Origin: a virus
DNA length: 64,000 nucleotides
Virus record (IMG/VR): IMGVR_UViG_3300045988_019695
Span: 1 to 64,000 of that record
Reading direction: 5' to 3' (one strand)
Shown: piece after piece, positions 15,001 to 28,210 of the stretch
Numbering within the stretch: the stretch's first letter is position 1
Layout of the letters: the number at the start of each line of letters is the position of its first letter
The notes under the pieces: generated by a model
What the model saw: only the letters and a program-made list of their open reading frames with translations
Told to the model about the DNA's origin: nothing
The model's database searches: none
Program-made: the position numbers and the translations under genes

Positions 15001-16248
15001 ATTCAATATCGCCTGTCCCTTAGGTCCTAAAAACGCACCACCAATAGCAGCTGTTGTATTTATTGCTGCTGCTATTCTACCTGCAGTAGACGCATTAGAA
15101 GCTGCTATTTGTGACGGCATTTCGTATTGCCAATATTCTGGAGAAAAAACACTAGCATTAGCATATCTCTATTTCTTTTTATTGTAGTCGTCACTAAGAG
15201 GGAACCACTTCTCATCAGCCTATCTATATCTTACATGCTTTTCGTAATCATCTTGCGCCCCTTTTATTTCTGCATTGAGCTAATTCTAAAAATCTGTATA
15301 GTCATCAATTTGTGCAACAAGAGAATCTTTTAAAGATAAACCTTTATACTTTCTCTTGTTATTATCAATATTTTTATCGTATATGTACTAATGGGCCGCC
15401 TAAGCAAACTTCTCTTTACTATTAGTTTTCTTTGTAACATCGCTTACAGTATTATGTACGCCAAATGCACTAGAGGCACTAAGACTTGCTCCCATTTTGC
15501 TAAATGTATCAAAAAGGAAACCTGCAGCTCCTGCTAATCCTTCTTTAACAGAATCCCATACATTATCCATGTCGTGCTGAGCTCTGAGCTATTCAGCTCT
15601 TTGCTCATACACTTCACCATCGTTTATCTATTTATCAAGCTATTTAATCTGACTATTTATTCTAATAATATTATGTTTATCCTAATTAGATAAATTATTT
15701 CTATTGTTAGAATAGTTTTGTAATTGCTGCTAAAGTTGTAATCTCTACAACTTTAACTCTTTATTTTTCTTAGCAAGATCTACTGTGGCAGATGTTTCTT
15801 TATTAAGCATAATCTTACCAGAAGCATTACTTGCTCTAACTTGGTCGGTAGATTTAAATATATCTCCGATCATTTCTTTATTAAAGAAGTCAGTAAAGCC
15901 AATTCCAGGCTAACCCCAAGATGGATCATTTGCATTAAATCCTCTTTTGTTATCAAGGTATTTCTCTGCCTTTTTTAATCTATCGTAGTATTTAGAAGCT
16001 TCTTTTGTTTCAGCCTCCTCTTTGTTGAAAGATTTAGACACATTTACATAATCTTTGTATCCTTTGTTAATAACTCTTTGTGTAGGAGAAGTGCTTTGGT
16101 ATCTAGCTAAATTGCTTCTAAACTTATTTGTAATCCTACTGTACGGCGTGCTATTATCACGTCTTATGTATCTAATAGGATCGTAAGTACTGCCTTCAGA
16201 TCCCCATGGGATTATATTAGGACTTACGTTCTTTATTCTATTTGCCAT
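1..16248 (-). CDS. Giant multidomain virion protein, at least 5,416 codons, C-terminus beyond the left edge: N-terminal cargo-like region, zincin-like HExxH, DFDID RNA-polymerase-type motif, C-terminal SF1 helicase
   Basis: About 20 listed minus ORFs (16248, 15120, 14808, 14214, 12879, 11328, 9606, 9009, 8466, 8001, 6327, 4980, 4656, 4125, 3060, 2319, 1251, 705, 471) have 5' coordinates divisible by 3 and are separated by in-frame TAG; several junctions translated by hand are open. Motifs: HEAFH (9256-9270), GSDFDIDKLY (DFDID at 4468-4482), Walker A GKAGTGKTT (1876-1896), VIDEAS, helicase motif VI-like YTALTRPRK. Confidence 0.85.
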
Positions 16249-16253
16249 AGTTA

Positions 16254-18038
16254 TTATTTGTAATACTAATTATAAGTTTTGTTTATATTTGTCCATTTTG
16301 AAGAATGAGTAGAAGCATCGTAATCATTTATTGTAACGTTTCCACCATTATCATACCATTCTGTTCCAGGAATCATCTTTCCTCTATCTAATACCTTTTT
16401 GGTAGTTTTACCATTCTTGCCTTTCTGCGTAGTATAGCCCTTCTTTGTGAAAGAAACATCTCCTGCAGGCAATTCCTGATAAGCTGTATACTGTCCTTGC
16501 TGCTTTTTCAGAGACTTAATTAATGCCTTCCCTTCATCATCATCTTTAACATTTTCATCAGTGGTAATGTTTTTCCATTTGCCATTTATGAATTTATATT
16601 TGTTTCCGCTACTATCTCTATAAGTTCCATCTGTAATATATACAGTAACCTTTTGGTATACATGCATTCTTCCATCTCTTCCAACAATAGCTATACCATT
16701 TCTTGATGTTTCATCTGGAGTTACACCAAGAATTCTATTATTTTTATACAACTTATCTGTATATGTTTTATATATAGTCTTTCCGGTTGTAACAGAAGAT
16801 GCCTTTGTTCTAAGCTCTCCTTTTGTAAGTATTTTTCCTTTAACTTCGTTTGGACTATATCTGTATCCGTAATTTGCACTGAGTTTGTTTTTATTTACTC
16901 CAGTCCAAGCTGAATAGCCTCCTCTAGGCAAATCGAACGATACATTATTTATGTTAAAATTCTTGTTAGAGAACGCCTTTCCTTGAGCTCTAGACAAATA
17001 TCCTAAATTGCTACCATAGTTCTTTTCTCCAAAAGTATTAGTAGCAAAATAATTTTGTAGAGTAGATGAAGCCTAAGTCATAACGTCTGCAACAAGATTA
17101 TAATTTTCTTTATTGTTTCCTTTAGCCTACTATTTAGCAATTTCATTCGCATTCTTTTGCTCAAGCTCTTGCATATCCCATTCATGCTGCTGTTTTGCCA
17201 TTTCTCTCTAAAATGCTCTTTGTTTAGCAGCTTCGTTAGCCTGGAATTGCTGGTCATTAAGATGTAATTTAACCTGATCAGGTCTCCTATCAACCTACGT
17301 GTATTCTCTGTTGCGATCAATTATATCAGCTTTAAGGGCTTCAATGTCTCCACCATACATATTAAGATAATATCTGCCCAATTCAGATTTAGTCATATCT
17401 TTTATATTTGAGTCAAGAATCTACTGCATCTTCTTTGGAGACTTAGAATATACCTAATACATTCCTCCAGCTTTCTTGGTAGCTTCGTCATCATACTCAA
17501 GCTACATATTATCAAACAGATTACTTGTCCAGTCCTTAAGACTAGAATATTTAGATGGAGCTTCTTTGGTCCACATGCCATCTGTAGAAGGGTCCCATGA
17601 CTCAAGCGTCTTGCCACCCAATACAAACTTCTCAAATTCTGGGTCATATGTACCATTTCGCATAGCTTCTGCTCTATATTTCTAATAAGTCTTCATTGAC
17701 TCATTCTAAGCTTTAAGATTTGCTATTTCAGCGTATGGTATCTCTCTAATAATCTTAGCTATATATGCTCTACCTTCTGCTGATCTAAGAGGATCTATAC
17801 CATTCTAATATAAGTAATCAAGACCTTTGTTTACAGCTCCTCTAGTCTATTCGTAAAACTATTTATTAATATTGGCATTAGGGCCATAGAGTTCACCAAA
17901 TTCCTTAGCAAACTCTTTTTGATCCTGTACAGCCTAATTATATTGTTCTCTTGCAGCACTGATGTACTATGACATCATGTTGCTGTCCAGCAGGTCTATT
18001 ATAGGCACAGCTACTGGTTCATCATACATTCCTATCAT
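16254..18038 (-). CDS. Putative cargo/internal virion protein (~594 aa)
   Basis: ATG at 18038; frame continues through several TAGs to TAA at 16254-16256. Gln/Ala-rich C-terminal half. Lies between the muzzle-like gene and the giant gene. ATG overlaps the upstream TGA. Confidence 0.7.
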
Positions 18039-19519
18039 CTTGTCAGTCTTAAACTAGTTATATTATATGGATTATAATCAAATAACCCTCCTGCCCACAC
18101 TGGTGTAAATAATCCATTTGGGCCAAATCCGCCAGTATAATCACTAGAGAAATTAATTCTCTCATATGGAGTTCCAAATGCACCTCTTTGATACTACTCT
18201 TTAGATTTAGCCCAATTTCTTGTATATTTTGCAGATTCTGCCACTTTATCAGGATCTATATACCAATATTTTCCGTATGGAGCCTAAAGCTTATTTATAG
18301 TGTTATCACCATATTTTAAATCCATTACAGACATATCTAAATTTGGAATATTGGTTTGGCTTTTTGTATCAGTGCTTGCTGTGGTAGAACTGTTATTGTA
18401 AATAGCCTTTATAGCTTCTTTCTTGTTATCTACATCCTACTGATATATATCAAGGATGTCTCCATATTGCTTGTTCTTAATACGCTGAGATAGCCATTTC
18501 TGACCAAGTAATCCAAGATTAGCCAAGTGTGTTTCGATACCTTTAGTTCTAGCACCATATGCTCTATTGTAAGCATCCCAACCATACTGATTAGCCTGCT
18601 GCTGTCTAGAAGCCTCGCTATCACCTAATCTAGCAGCCATGTCAGCGTATGCGTTTCTATATGCAGCATTCTTCTCATCTACGCTCATAAGTGCGTTAGC
18701 AGCGTTTCTCTGAGCTCCTAATGCTAATGCTACTCTAGCATTCTATCTCTGTCCTCCTGTATAGCCTCCAGAATTAGCTATCTAATAAGCTGCTTGTCTA
18801 TCCTATGCATTAAGATTCTCAAGCGTAGAGTATGGAGATATTCTATTGCTAGCCATTGTTCTAAGAGCTATAGGGGCGTATCTATTAGCTGCGTAGATAT
18901 CTGGCATCTATGGACGCTCTCTATTCCACCTGTTGAGCATAGTACCTTCAAGGAGTGATGGGATAGAGTAACCAAAGTCCAATGTAGCATTAGATACTTT
19001 TCCTTTGCCGCCTTTAGTCCAGTTATTAAAGCTATTCTTTATGTCACCCCAGATTTCCTTTCCGCTAGCAAATCTATTCTTATCACAGTTATAGCTCTGT
19101 ATTTCATGCTGAGCCTACTATCTATCTGTAATCTACTTCATGGCCTACAGTATAGGAGCTTTAGCTCTATCGACCTACATCTTCTATAACTATGCTGTTT
19201 GCTTAGATAGTGAGCTCAATCCTGACTTCTTATTCATCTTCTTTTCTATGTTGTTATACATCTAAAGTTTAGCTGTAAGTGGTGCTATCTGGTCTGAGAA
19301 TTTCATTCCATTAGTCCAGTCTTTATCATTTCCTGCGATAACGTTTGAGTCATTCTCATGTACAGAACTAGGTTGATTATCTACGCCAACCTTTCCCTTT
19401 GTTACAAGTGTTCCAGTTCCGTTAGTATAGTCTATAATAGACTCACCTTTACCAACTAAACTATTTACAGGACCATACTAATAACCATTAGGTGTCCATA
19501 CTTTATTTGCATTTATCAT
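18035..19519 (-). CDS. Putative cargo/internal virion protein (~494 aa)
   Basis: ATG 19519 (MINANKVWTPNGYQYGP...), in-frame with ORF 18437..18688, TGA at 18035-18037. Confidence 0.7.
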
Positions 19520-20306
19520 ATCTCGGTCTCTTTAAATCTTTTCCTCGGTTAGCGTATAACAGATCATCATATGTAGTACCGTTGTCCATATAATACTGCT
19601 GCTACAATCCTTCTGAAGCAGCTGATGATCTATTAACCTAATTAATTAAGTTTGCATTCTACTGTGCGTTCTATATCTTTTTGCGCTGTTTTTTTCTGGC
19701 TTTTTTACCTCCAAACAATCCAGCTATTCCTCCAATAATTGCTCCAGCAGCTCCTCCAATAAGTGTTCCAACTCCAGGAACAACAGATCCTATTGCAGCT
19801 CCTGCAGCTGCTCCAGATCCTGTCATAGCTAATGTGTTAGCTTTATTGGATGCTGATATATCAGCCATAGCCTAACTCTTGTCAATGTCATTCTAAGCCT
19901 AGTAGTTTACTCCAAAAGCCTAGTCAGTTCTTTGACCTGACATACTGAATAATTCTCCCTAACCTTTTACTGCTGCCTACTACTGATTAAATCCGCTTAT
20001 TACACCAAGTGTACCATTTACTGCTGAAGTTACAGTTCCTGCACCAACATTACCAAGCATACCTCCTGTAGATCCAATGCTACTACTTTTCCACGATCCT
20101 GGGTTAACGAATCCTTTAGGCATATTTATACCTTCGTTCATCTTCATTATATCGTTGGCAACGTTCTATTGATTTGATACGCCTAATTTTGCATCAAGGT
20201 TGTCAAGCTCACCTTGAGACTTATTAGTATAAGCCTGCTATCTAAGATCCTATCCGATATTAAACTTAGGAAGATTATTTATTCTTTTTCTCTATCTTAA
20301 CTCCAT
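19503..20306 (-). CDS. Putative ejection/cargo protein with glycine-zipper segment (~267 aa)
   Basis: ATG 20306, multiple in-frame TAG, TAA at 19503-19505. Contains GSGAAAGAAIGSVVPGVGTLIGGAAGAIIGGIAGLFGGKKARKKQRKK. Confidence 0.7.
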
Positions 20307-23300
20307 GATAATCTATATTTAGTTGTAATAAACTGTATAGCAGCAGTATATCTTGGTTTCTCGCTTGTTATCTCGCATACCATATACTTACCTCTTATTC
20401 TATCTCCATACAAACCTCCTGCTCTAGGTATTGCAAATCTATGATTATTCTCACGAAGAGTTATGCTATTCTCAAGAGTAGAATCAGACTTAATCATAGG
20501 AGTCTCCCATGTGTATTTGTGGCCTATAGAGAAGTAATCGTCTTTGTCATATACTGGTCTACCTTGTAAGTCTTCCTGTGTTACAATAGACTGATTATCG
20601 AATACCTTAGTAACTAAAGGCTGCTGATTAACAGTATATTTAACATAGCACTTAATAAACTACCTATTAGTGTCCTTTAATCCATCATCGCTCATGTAAT
20701 CGTAGTGGAAGATATTTACCTCATCATCAATTGTGTTAATCAAGTACAGTCCATTAAAGAACTATGCATATCCTTCGAAAGGCATTGTATACACTGAAGT
20801 AAACTTACCTATAGCTTCATTGAAAGCGATCTATTGTTTATCCTTAAAGACATTGAATACGAGCTCATTATTCTTATTATCGTAGAACACTCCAGAAGAT
20901 CCATCTGCCTTAGCATTCATTAAGCTCTATACTTTTCCTTGTTTACTAAGCTCTACAACATTCTCTCCATTAAACATACAGATAACATTGTTATGTGTGT
21001 CACACCAGTATGCACCACCATTAGAAGATGCTACACAGAACTATTGTTTACACATTCCATACGTATTGCTAAGATAGTCGTATCTTGACAGAACTCCACC
21101 ATCTCCAAGTATCACATCATTACCAGAGTTGTCTGTAGTAATACTACGTTCATTTACGCTAAGTATACCGAATGCTTTCTGCTGCCAGAACAATAAGTTA
21201 TTCTTAAACTTATAGATATCAGTTATAGGACCATACTGTTGATCTACATCAATGAAGTTTGAACTTCTAAACTTACACCAACTATCGATAATCTCATCAT
21301 TTGTCTTTAGATCTGAGTAGTATACTCTTGTGTCTATAGTCTTATTGTAGTCCTCCTTATTAAGATCATCGTAGATCGCATGTGGTCTGCTAGTATTCTA
21401 TGTATTATATACAGTATTGTAAACGAACTAAGGATCATCCTATGTGTAAGCTTCTGTTATCTAAGCAGGCTCTTCCTGGATGAATGATGCGTAATTATCT
21501 GCTGCGTTTACACTAAACTACCAACCGTACTCAAGCTTAGTCCAGATGTTAGATTCTGTAGGAATAGAGTAGGTAATCATATGCGTACTAGGGAATTTTA
21601 ATTCTGCGTCAGATTTATTTGTATATACACCGTATATCTTATGCATAGAGGTATATTCGAATATTTCTATATTACAATCTCCGTTGTACACATCATTCCA
21701 GTCATCTGAAGCTTTAAAGTAATTGCCGTTACCGAAATATACATTAGTAAGTCTATTTACGAACGACTGGCCTCCATATGGAGTTATTTGCTGTCTAAAG
21801 TTACATAAGAATGTACCAAGCAAGCTAGATCTAACATATTCGTTGATTATATTTATCTATTCATCAGAACTATTTAAAGCGTAGTATTTACTAGTTTTTA
21901 CACTATTTGTTACAGCGTCATTCTTGTCTTCGCATGAGAATAAAAGACATCTACCTCCAGCTCCCCATAGAACATGCTTTCCTGCTTTTTCTGTACCATC
22001 ACCAGTAAATCCTCCGCCAAATTTTCCGAAGTTACTAAACACTTCTGCATCTGTATCTGTAGCAAGGCCTCCGGTTATAGCATTAACAAACAAATGACCA
22101 CCAGACGATACGGCGTAATTAGAAAACTATTTAGAGCTTCTTTCTTCCTTTCCGTCTTTATTATAGTTCCTTTTAAATAGTTTATTCCATTCAATCTACT
22201 CTACAGTTTTAAAGTCTATTACTTTTCTATAATTACCTAATACATCTACATCCGTAGATCCAATAAATGTATCTGTGGCATTAGATGACTCGTACAGTTT
22301 AATGTAACCAAATGCTTTCTGCTGTATATATATTCCGTTTTTATCAGTTACTTCAGCAATTTTAGAATCTGTATTGTATCGTACGTACATAGGATCTCTT
22401 TCGTATACAGAACTCTTTATAGGATAGAATGAATATGACCTTTTTTTACCTAGCATATTATCTTTAAACGCCCAAGGGTTTATTCTTTGCATCAAATCAA
22501 GATTAAGAAGAGCATCAAGATATACTATATTCTAGTGATCATCTGTTGTAAACTCTACATTCTCTACATATCTCTTTGCTAATCCTTGTTCTGTATCAAC
22601 ATACGTTTCGAGTGTACAATTAGATATTCCAGGAACTATAAATTTATGTTTAATTACTCCGAATTTAGTTCTTAATGCATCTCCGTTTGCTGCTGGAGAA
22701 TCATATAGCTAGTCATTAAATTTACTGTCTCCTCTAGCTCCAAATAAAAACAATGGTGTTTCTATATAGTACTTTTTATCTTTTATAAACGTTTTAAATG
22801 ATTCAGGTTGATAGCATACTTCTTTAGATATAAATTGCAACAAACTATTATTCGCCAAGTTTGTCATACACTGATATTCTGTATTGGTATCCTCTCCAGA
22901 CATTTGGTTTACGCATCCATATCCTTCTATAAACATACCAGTTGTTAAGAATCCGGTAGGACAATATGTATGATACTTTGTTATCATATATCCATCTTCC
23001 ATTCCGCTTTTATCAAATGCTCTATTATACGTGTTAACAACAGGTTTGCTAAGTACACCCTATGATATAGTAGCCATATCTTCTTCATGTCTAGCGCATC
23101 TTACAATCTGATAACCAACACATCCTGCAGGTAGATTACTAACCTTAAACTGTATACCAAGATTACGTACAACAAGTTCATATCTAGTATCATTAACCTT
23201 AGTATTAGATGTAAAGATATTAAACTGATGATCAGTCATATTAGGGGTCCTAATATCAGCTATCCACTTAGCAGGAGAAGCTTGTCCGTACTTATCATAC

Positions 23301-24892
23301 AAAACAATGCCATATCTGTACAATTCGTTGCGTCTAAGCGACTGTAACAAGTATGTGTTAGACTTTATACCCTTATCGAATTTATCGCCGTTAGAAGCAA
23401 GCTAAACGTCTCCAGAGCTTGTTATATAGTAGTTCTTCTACTGTTTAACATTATCTCTGCTCACATAATTGTATAGAGTACCAACCTTTCTAGTATAGTC
23501 ATCGGAATCTTTAAATTGTCTTTTACAGCTGTCTCCAACCTGTGGTGATATAATAAACCTCCACTCAACATTAAGACCGCTACCGCCAATATATGAGCCT
23601 GTTTTGTCATATACTTGATTAATTCCGTCTATTTTCTATTTTGTGTTTATATCATTGTAAGGCTAGAAACAGTCATGATTAGCTGGTACATTAGGTATAT
23701 TATTAGCCTTTATATCTATCTTATTACCTCCGTTTACATCAGTAAGAGTACAGTTACCATTCTTATCGAATCTATAAGCTCTAGCATCCCAGTCTTCAAA
23801 GTCTTTAATAGTAGTCTGATATGTCTTTGTATTAGCAGCAAATAAGTATCCATTCTTAATAGCTAATGAGTTAGGAATAATCCTTACTCCCTACATACTA
23901 TTGTATTCTTCTACACTTATCTATTCAAGAGCTTCTTGACCTGTATCGCATATACTTATATCAGCATCTACGTCTTTTGTACAACCTGTATCGGCATCGT
24001 ATATTACAGATATAGTAGGCATCTAGCCATTCTGCAAGTATTGTATTCTAAATACCTTAATCTTACCAAGGTATACATACTCTTTGGAAATCTGTATAGA
24101 TACCATTACACCACTGTTAGACTATGCGTCAAGCTTACCTCCAGATTGTGTGAAGTTCTAGCTGTCTACAAAGTTGTAGTTTCCGATAGGTATCTATTTA
24201 CAAGCTACAGATACATCTGAATGTTGGCCATGCTTATTGTACAGCATATAACTGTAAGACACCATGCTATACTTCAGCTTTCCAGGAATGTAACACTCAA
24301 ACTTAGGAGGCTAGCATGGAGCTGTAGGATATATATAACACTTATCAAGGTCATCATATACAGTCTTAGACATTATATTGAATACAAGGATAGTGTCCAA
24401 AGAGTCTGCTACATAAAGCTTTATATTATCCTCACTCTCATAGTTAAGCTGTATACTAAACTTATCTGGATAGTTAGTATGAGCAAGAGGTGCGTTAACA
24501 ATTAAGTCTGGAGCATTAAGATAATAGAAGTCTTGGTTATGTAAAGCTCCACCTATCGCATTCTTAAATCTAAATACAACAAGCGTTTCTGTATCATTGT
24601 TCTTACATGTACATACTACAACTCCATAATCTCTTATAGAACCTGTAGCTACAACCTTAAAGTTCTTATAACTTTCAGGCATTCCACTTATAATACATGC
24701 TACCTTAGCTCCCTTAATAGGAGTAAGTACACCATTTCTATTCTCCTTAGAACCATCATTACCATCCTTATACTACGATATTCTTATATTTGTAGCATCA
24801 AGGTACTGATTTGTAGAAACAACAGATATATCATCATCGCTATTAAGACCTCCAGCAAAACTATTAATTTGTGGTTCAGTATTAGTATCCAT
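20297..24892 (-). CDS. Large tail protein, muzzle/stabilization-like (~1531 aa)
   Basis: Frame shared by ORFs ending 24682, 23350, 23002, 22495, 22093, 21823, 20497; ATG 24892 (MDTNTEPQINSFAGGLNSDDDISVVSTNQYLDATNIRIS), TAA 20297-20299. Size, N-terminal FAGGLNSD...YLDATNIR and synteny resemble crAss-like muzzle proteins. Confidence 0.75.
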
Positions 24893-25745
24893 AGCAATAA
24901 TCGTTAAAGTTTAATTGTTTTTCTCCAGTATTTTTGAAGAAGTTCTCATCATCATCCCACTCTGGGATAAGTTTTGTCCACTCATTCTTTATTGTAAGCA
25001 TCTCACTATCATTAGGCATCATAGCCTCAGCATAAGCCTAATTTCTATAGAAGTTCCATTGCTGCTGTATGTAGAAGTATGTATTCTAGTTGTATCTAGC
25101 TTTACCTCCAAGAGAACCTTTAAGGAACTTAGGGAAACTTAACTTCATCATTACGTACCAGTATATAGCTTCCTAGTATGAAGCTAAATCTGGAATAAGA
25201 GGATAACCTCTTTCGTCTGTAGCAATAGCTTTGTAAGACAGCTTAGCAAAGCCTTCTTCTTTGTTAAATACAATCCATCCTGGTTTAATCCAATATGATG
25301 GACTACCGTTCTTTTTATCTCTAATAGCGTCCAATAAAGCAGTGCTCCCATTAATGCCTAAAAGCTGAGACCTATGAGTAATCAAAGGGGTCCCAGCTGG
25401 CTGTATAGGATGATAATGATGCATAGCTTTAGTGTTAGTATTAAATTTGAATGAGCTCTCGTCTTTTCGTGCCTAAACCCAATTTGTTCCATTGTTTGAA
25501 TAGGCTACAGCTGTCAAGGATTCTAGATCTTCAGGAAGCGGAACTTGATGTTCGTGTATTTCAAATATAGGTACACAATCCTCGCCAGATTCTTTCTATA
25601 CATACTATACTGGAGCCCCAATCTTTTCGACAGCCTCGAAGATCCATTCACGTATATCTGTAATACGAATATTCTTCTCAGACATGTCTGCATCAGCCAT
25701 AATCTTAGCTATAACTGACTCACATTTTGTATACTTGTATATCAT
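24882..25745 (-). CDS. Putative tail/ring structural protein (~287 aa)
   Basis: ATG 25745 (MIYKYTKCESVIAKIMADADMSEKNIRITDIREWIFEAVEKIG), TAA 24882-24884, TAGs read through. Confidence 0.65.
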
Positions 25746-26190
25746 CTATATTTATATAATCTTGTTTATTAAATATAAGTTGAGCAAGGTGTCTTTTATT
25801 CTATCTTACCATACATAGCTAGTACTTATACCTAGCCGAGAATATCTTTGGTACCTTTGACCAATATAACCTGTATTTATAACCATTAGAGTGCTCGTTC
25901 AAATGATATATTCTCTTACCCTCTTCATTACTTGACTTATAGTCTACAGACAATGACTTTTCTGTATAACCTTTAGGCTTATACTTAACTATACATATAG
26001 CACCTAAGCCATAAGGCATTTTAAAGGGCTGTGAGCGCTCTAAAATATCTTCCTTGACAACTTTATTAAATTCGTCTATAATGCGCTTATATCGCGCGTA
26101 ATTAAGCTCTACGTCGTTCTTTTTAACGTAGTCTCTATATATATCAGCTATTGTGTAGCTTTTTTTATTTTTCCTTATCCTAAGGACCAT
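25720..26190 (-). CDS. Small conserved structural/accessory protein (~156 aa)
   Basis: ORF 25819..26190 extended through TAG to TGA at 25720-25722. Confidence 0.6.
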
Positions 26191-26851
26191 TTGGTTTTAC
26201 ACTAGATAATGTTGAGTTGTTGCTATCATCACTTGGTCTCTTAAGCATAAATGCAAGCTCATTTGTCATAATAGCCTTCTTAATATCAGGTATCATCCAA
26301 CCAGGAATAGTAACATCATCTTCACCATCTGCATAACCTTCTGGGTCTATGTTGCCTGTGACATATATAGATTCTATATTGTCCAGGTTTGAGCCTTCTA
26401 TATAGATGTAGCCATTATCGAACCAACATGTAGGTTCATTGTATGTGTATCGTCTAAATCTATGGAAGTGCTTCCTTTGGTTGAACATGTATTGTATAGG
26501 ACAATAGTTCTAATCATATACGCTTATAATATCACTTTCACTATCCTCAGTTGTAAGAACCTTCTCTTTAGTCTTTTTGAACATGTAGCCACAGCAATCA
26601 TCTTCAGCTGAATTGTTCCAGTCTTCGAGCTCTAAAGGACCTATTGTTGTAGAGTCAATAGTATCTGATGGCTCTGTATCATCACCAGTCTATTCATCCT
26701 ACTCTGCCTACTTCTTAGCAAGGTAAGCTCTATACTATATAACCCACGATGCTATTTGAGCTCTAGAGAGATCTTCACTTTCGCTAATGTTGTTATTCCG
26801 TACAATCAGCAGTATGTCGTCTATAATTGTACGCAGTGAAAACATTTTCAT
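26165..26851 (-). CDS. Putative tail adaptor/structural protein (~228 aa)
   Basis: ATG 26851 (MKMFSLRTIIDDILLIVRNNNISESEDLSRAQIASWVIQYRAYLAK), frame with ORF 26180..26488, TAA 26165-26167. Confidence 0.65.
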
Positions 26852-27504
26852 ATCGCTTCAATTATTCTTACACTATCTTCTTTAAGTAGATCGTTTGTGT
26901 TATGTATTTTGTACTTATATACGTCTTTCTTTTTCCAATCGAATGTAATTAATCTCTTAAAGAAGTTCTTTTTGTTTTTATATTCTCTATGTTTGTAAAT
27001 GTAAAGGTACTATGTATTCTATACATCAAGCTTAATATTAACGCTATCTTTACCGATTGTATAGTATACTTTAGTAAGGTCATTATATTGTAAACTATCT
27101 TTATAGACTGAATCTTTAATTATAGTTACTATATCACCCCCTACCCCCTTACTCTTACTAACGTTTAAAATCTACTTTTGAGTTGCTGCTACCTAAATTT
27201 CTTTGCTTTTTAGCTTCTCTACCTTGCGTACAGAATCCAACTACTATACAAGCTTATCGTTATAATCTTTAAGATTTTTCATGTCTAGCCTTAAAACACC
27301 AGAAGCCTACTAGGCACCATTCAAGGCATCCTAATAGGCTTCAATGTTATTATTTGCCATTTTAAGCTCATCTGAGAGCCTATTAGCTTTGTTGTGGTAG
27401 AATATACCAGACGCTAAGCAAAAGGCCACTAGAAGGCCTAAAACGGTATTAAGCAGCGTTTTGTAGTTGTTCTTTATTTTTGTTAATATCTACTACATAA
27501 GCAT
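26848..27504 (-). CDS. Spanin-like protein: N-terminal TM segment plus charged/coiled region (~218 aa)
   Basis: MLMQQILTKIKNNYKTLLNTVLGLLVAFCLASGIFYHNKANRLSDELKMANNNIEAYQDALNGAQQASGVLRLDM..., TGA 26848-26850; many TAG codons; overlaps the holin gene. Confidence 0.6.
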
Positions 27505-27754
27505 TGCTTTCATTATTGCTCAAATATTCTTTTAAATATGTTTTCATCTCACCAAATTTGCCCTGTATATAAATAGATACTCCATAGATACTAGCCGAAT
27601 AAACTAATGTTTGGGCTACAAACCCTAGTACTCCTGTGGAGATTTCACCCTATTGTAAATACTATACCCAGGTGAGAACCTAGCCGCTCAAGAACGCGAG
27701 ACATGCGGTTGAATATTGAATCTTCTCGCGCCAAGTTCCTGTTACCTTACTCAT
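27449..27754 (-). CDS. Putative holin (101 aa, two hydrophobic segments)
   Basis: MSKVTGTWREKIQYSTACLAFLSGQVLTWVQYLQQGEISTGVLGFVAQTLVYSASIYGVSIYIQGKFGEMKTYLKEYLSNNESNAYVVDINKNKEQLQNAA; adjacent to DUF5675-like and spanin-like genes. Confidence 0.6.
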
Positions 27755-28176
27755 TTTATCTCAATAGTCACCTTTCCATTAGAACAAGCTTCCTTTATTA
27801 GTGGATAGAACTTGTTTATGGTAGCTCTTGAGTTAAGGACCATTCCAACCTTTTTGTTTTCTCCAAGTAGTAAACAACCTTCAGTGTCTGTACTTGAATT
27901 TCCAGAATGTATACGAATACCTTCAAATGATGGTACATTCATCAATTGTGGAGTATACTTCTTAAATCTAGGTGAATATGTCCACTTGATCTCATAAGTT
28001 CCGTAAGGTATTGCTGTTTTGGCATATACCTTTTTCTCTCCGTTATCAAATTTACCGTTCTTATTAAGATCCCTAACAGTGTCTTCGAGTGTATCACAAA
28101 AATAGTTACCATCGACGTACAACCGTCCAATGGTGTATGTGGAGCGTAAGGCAATTCTTTTTAATGTTAATTTCAT
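27751..28176 (-). CDS. DUF5675-like lysis-associated protein (141 aa)
   Basis: MKLTLKRIALRSTYTIGRLYVDGNYFCDTLEDTVRDLNKNGKFD...IPYGTYEI...IRIHSGNSSTDTEGCLLLG; TGA overlaps the holin ATG. Confidence 0.7.
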   Translation of the reverse strand: MKLTLKRIALRSTYTIGRLYVDGNYFCDTLEDTVRDLNKNGKFDNGEKKVYAKTAIPYGTYEIKWTYSPRFKKYTPQLMNVPSFEGIRIHSGNSSTDTEGCLLLGENKKVGMVLNSRATINKFYPLIKEACSNGKVTIEIK

Positions 28177-28210
28177 TATTTTATTATAAATAATATTATA
28201 TGAAACAAAA

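Noticed and set aside
1-16248. Interpretation as decayed pseudogenes because of dozens of stop codons
   Set aside because: Interruptions checked are TAG only, the frame is preserved across 16 kb, and TAA/TGA remain normal terminators, so recoding explains the pattern better than decay.
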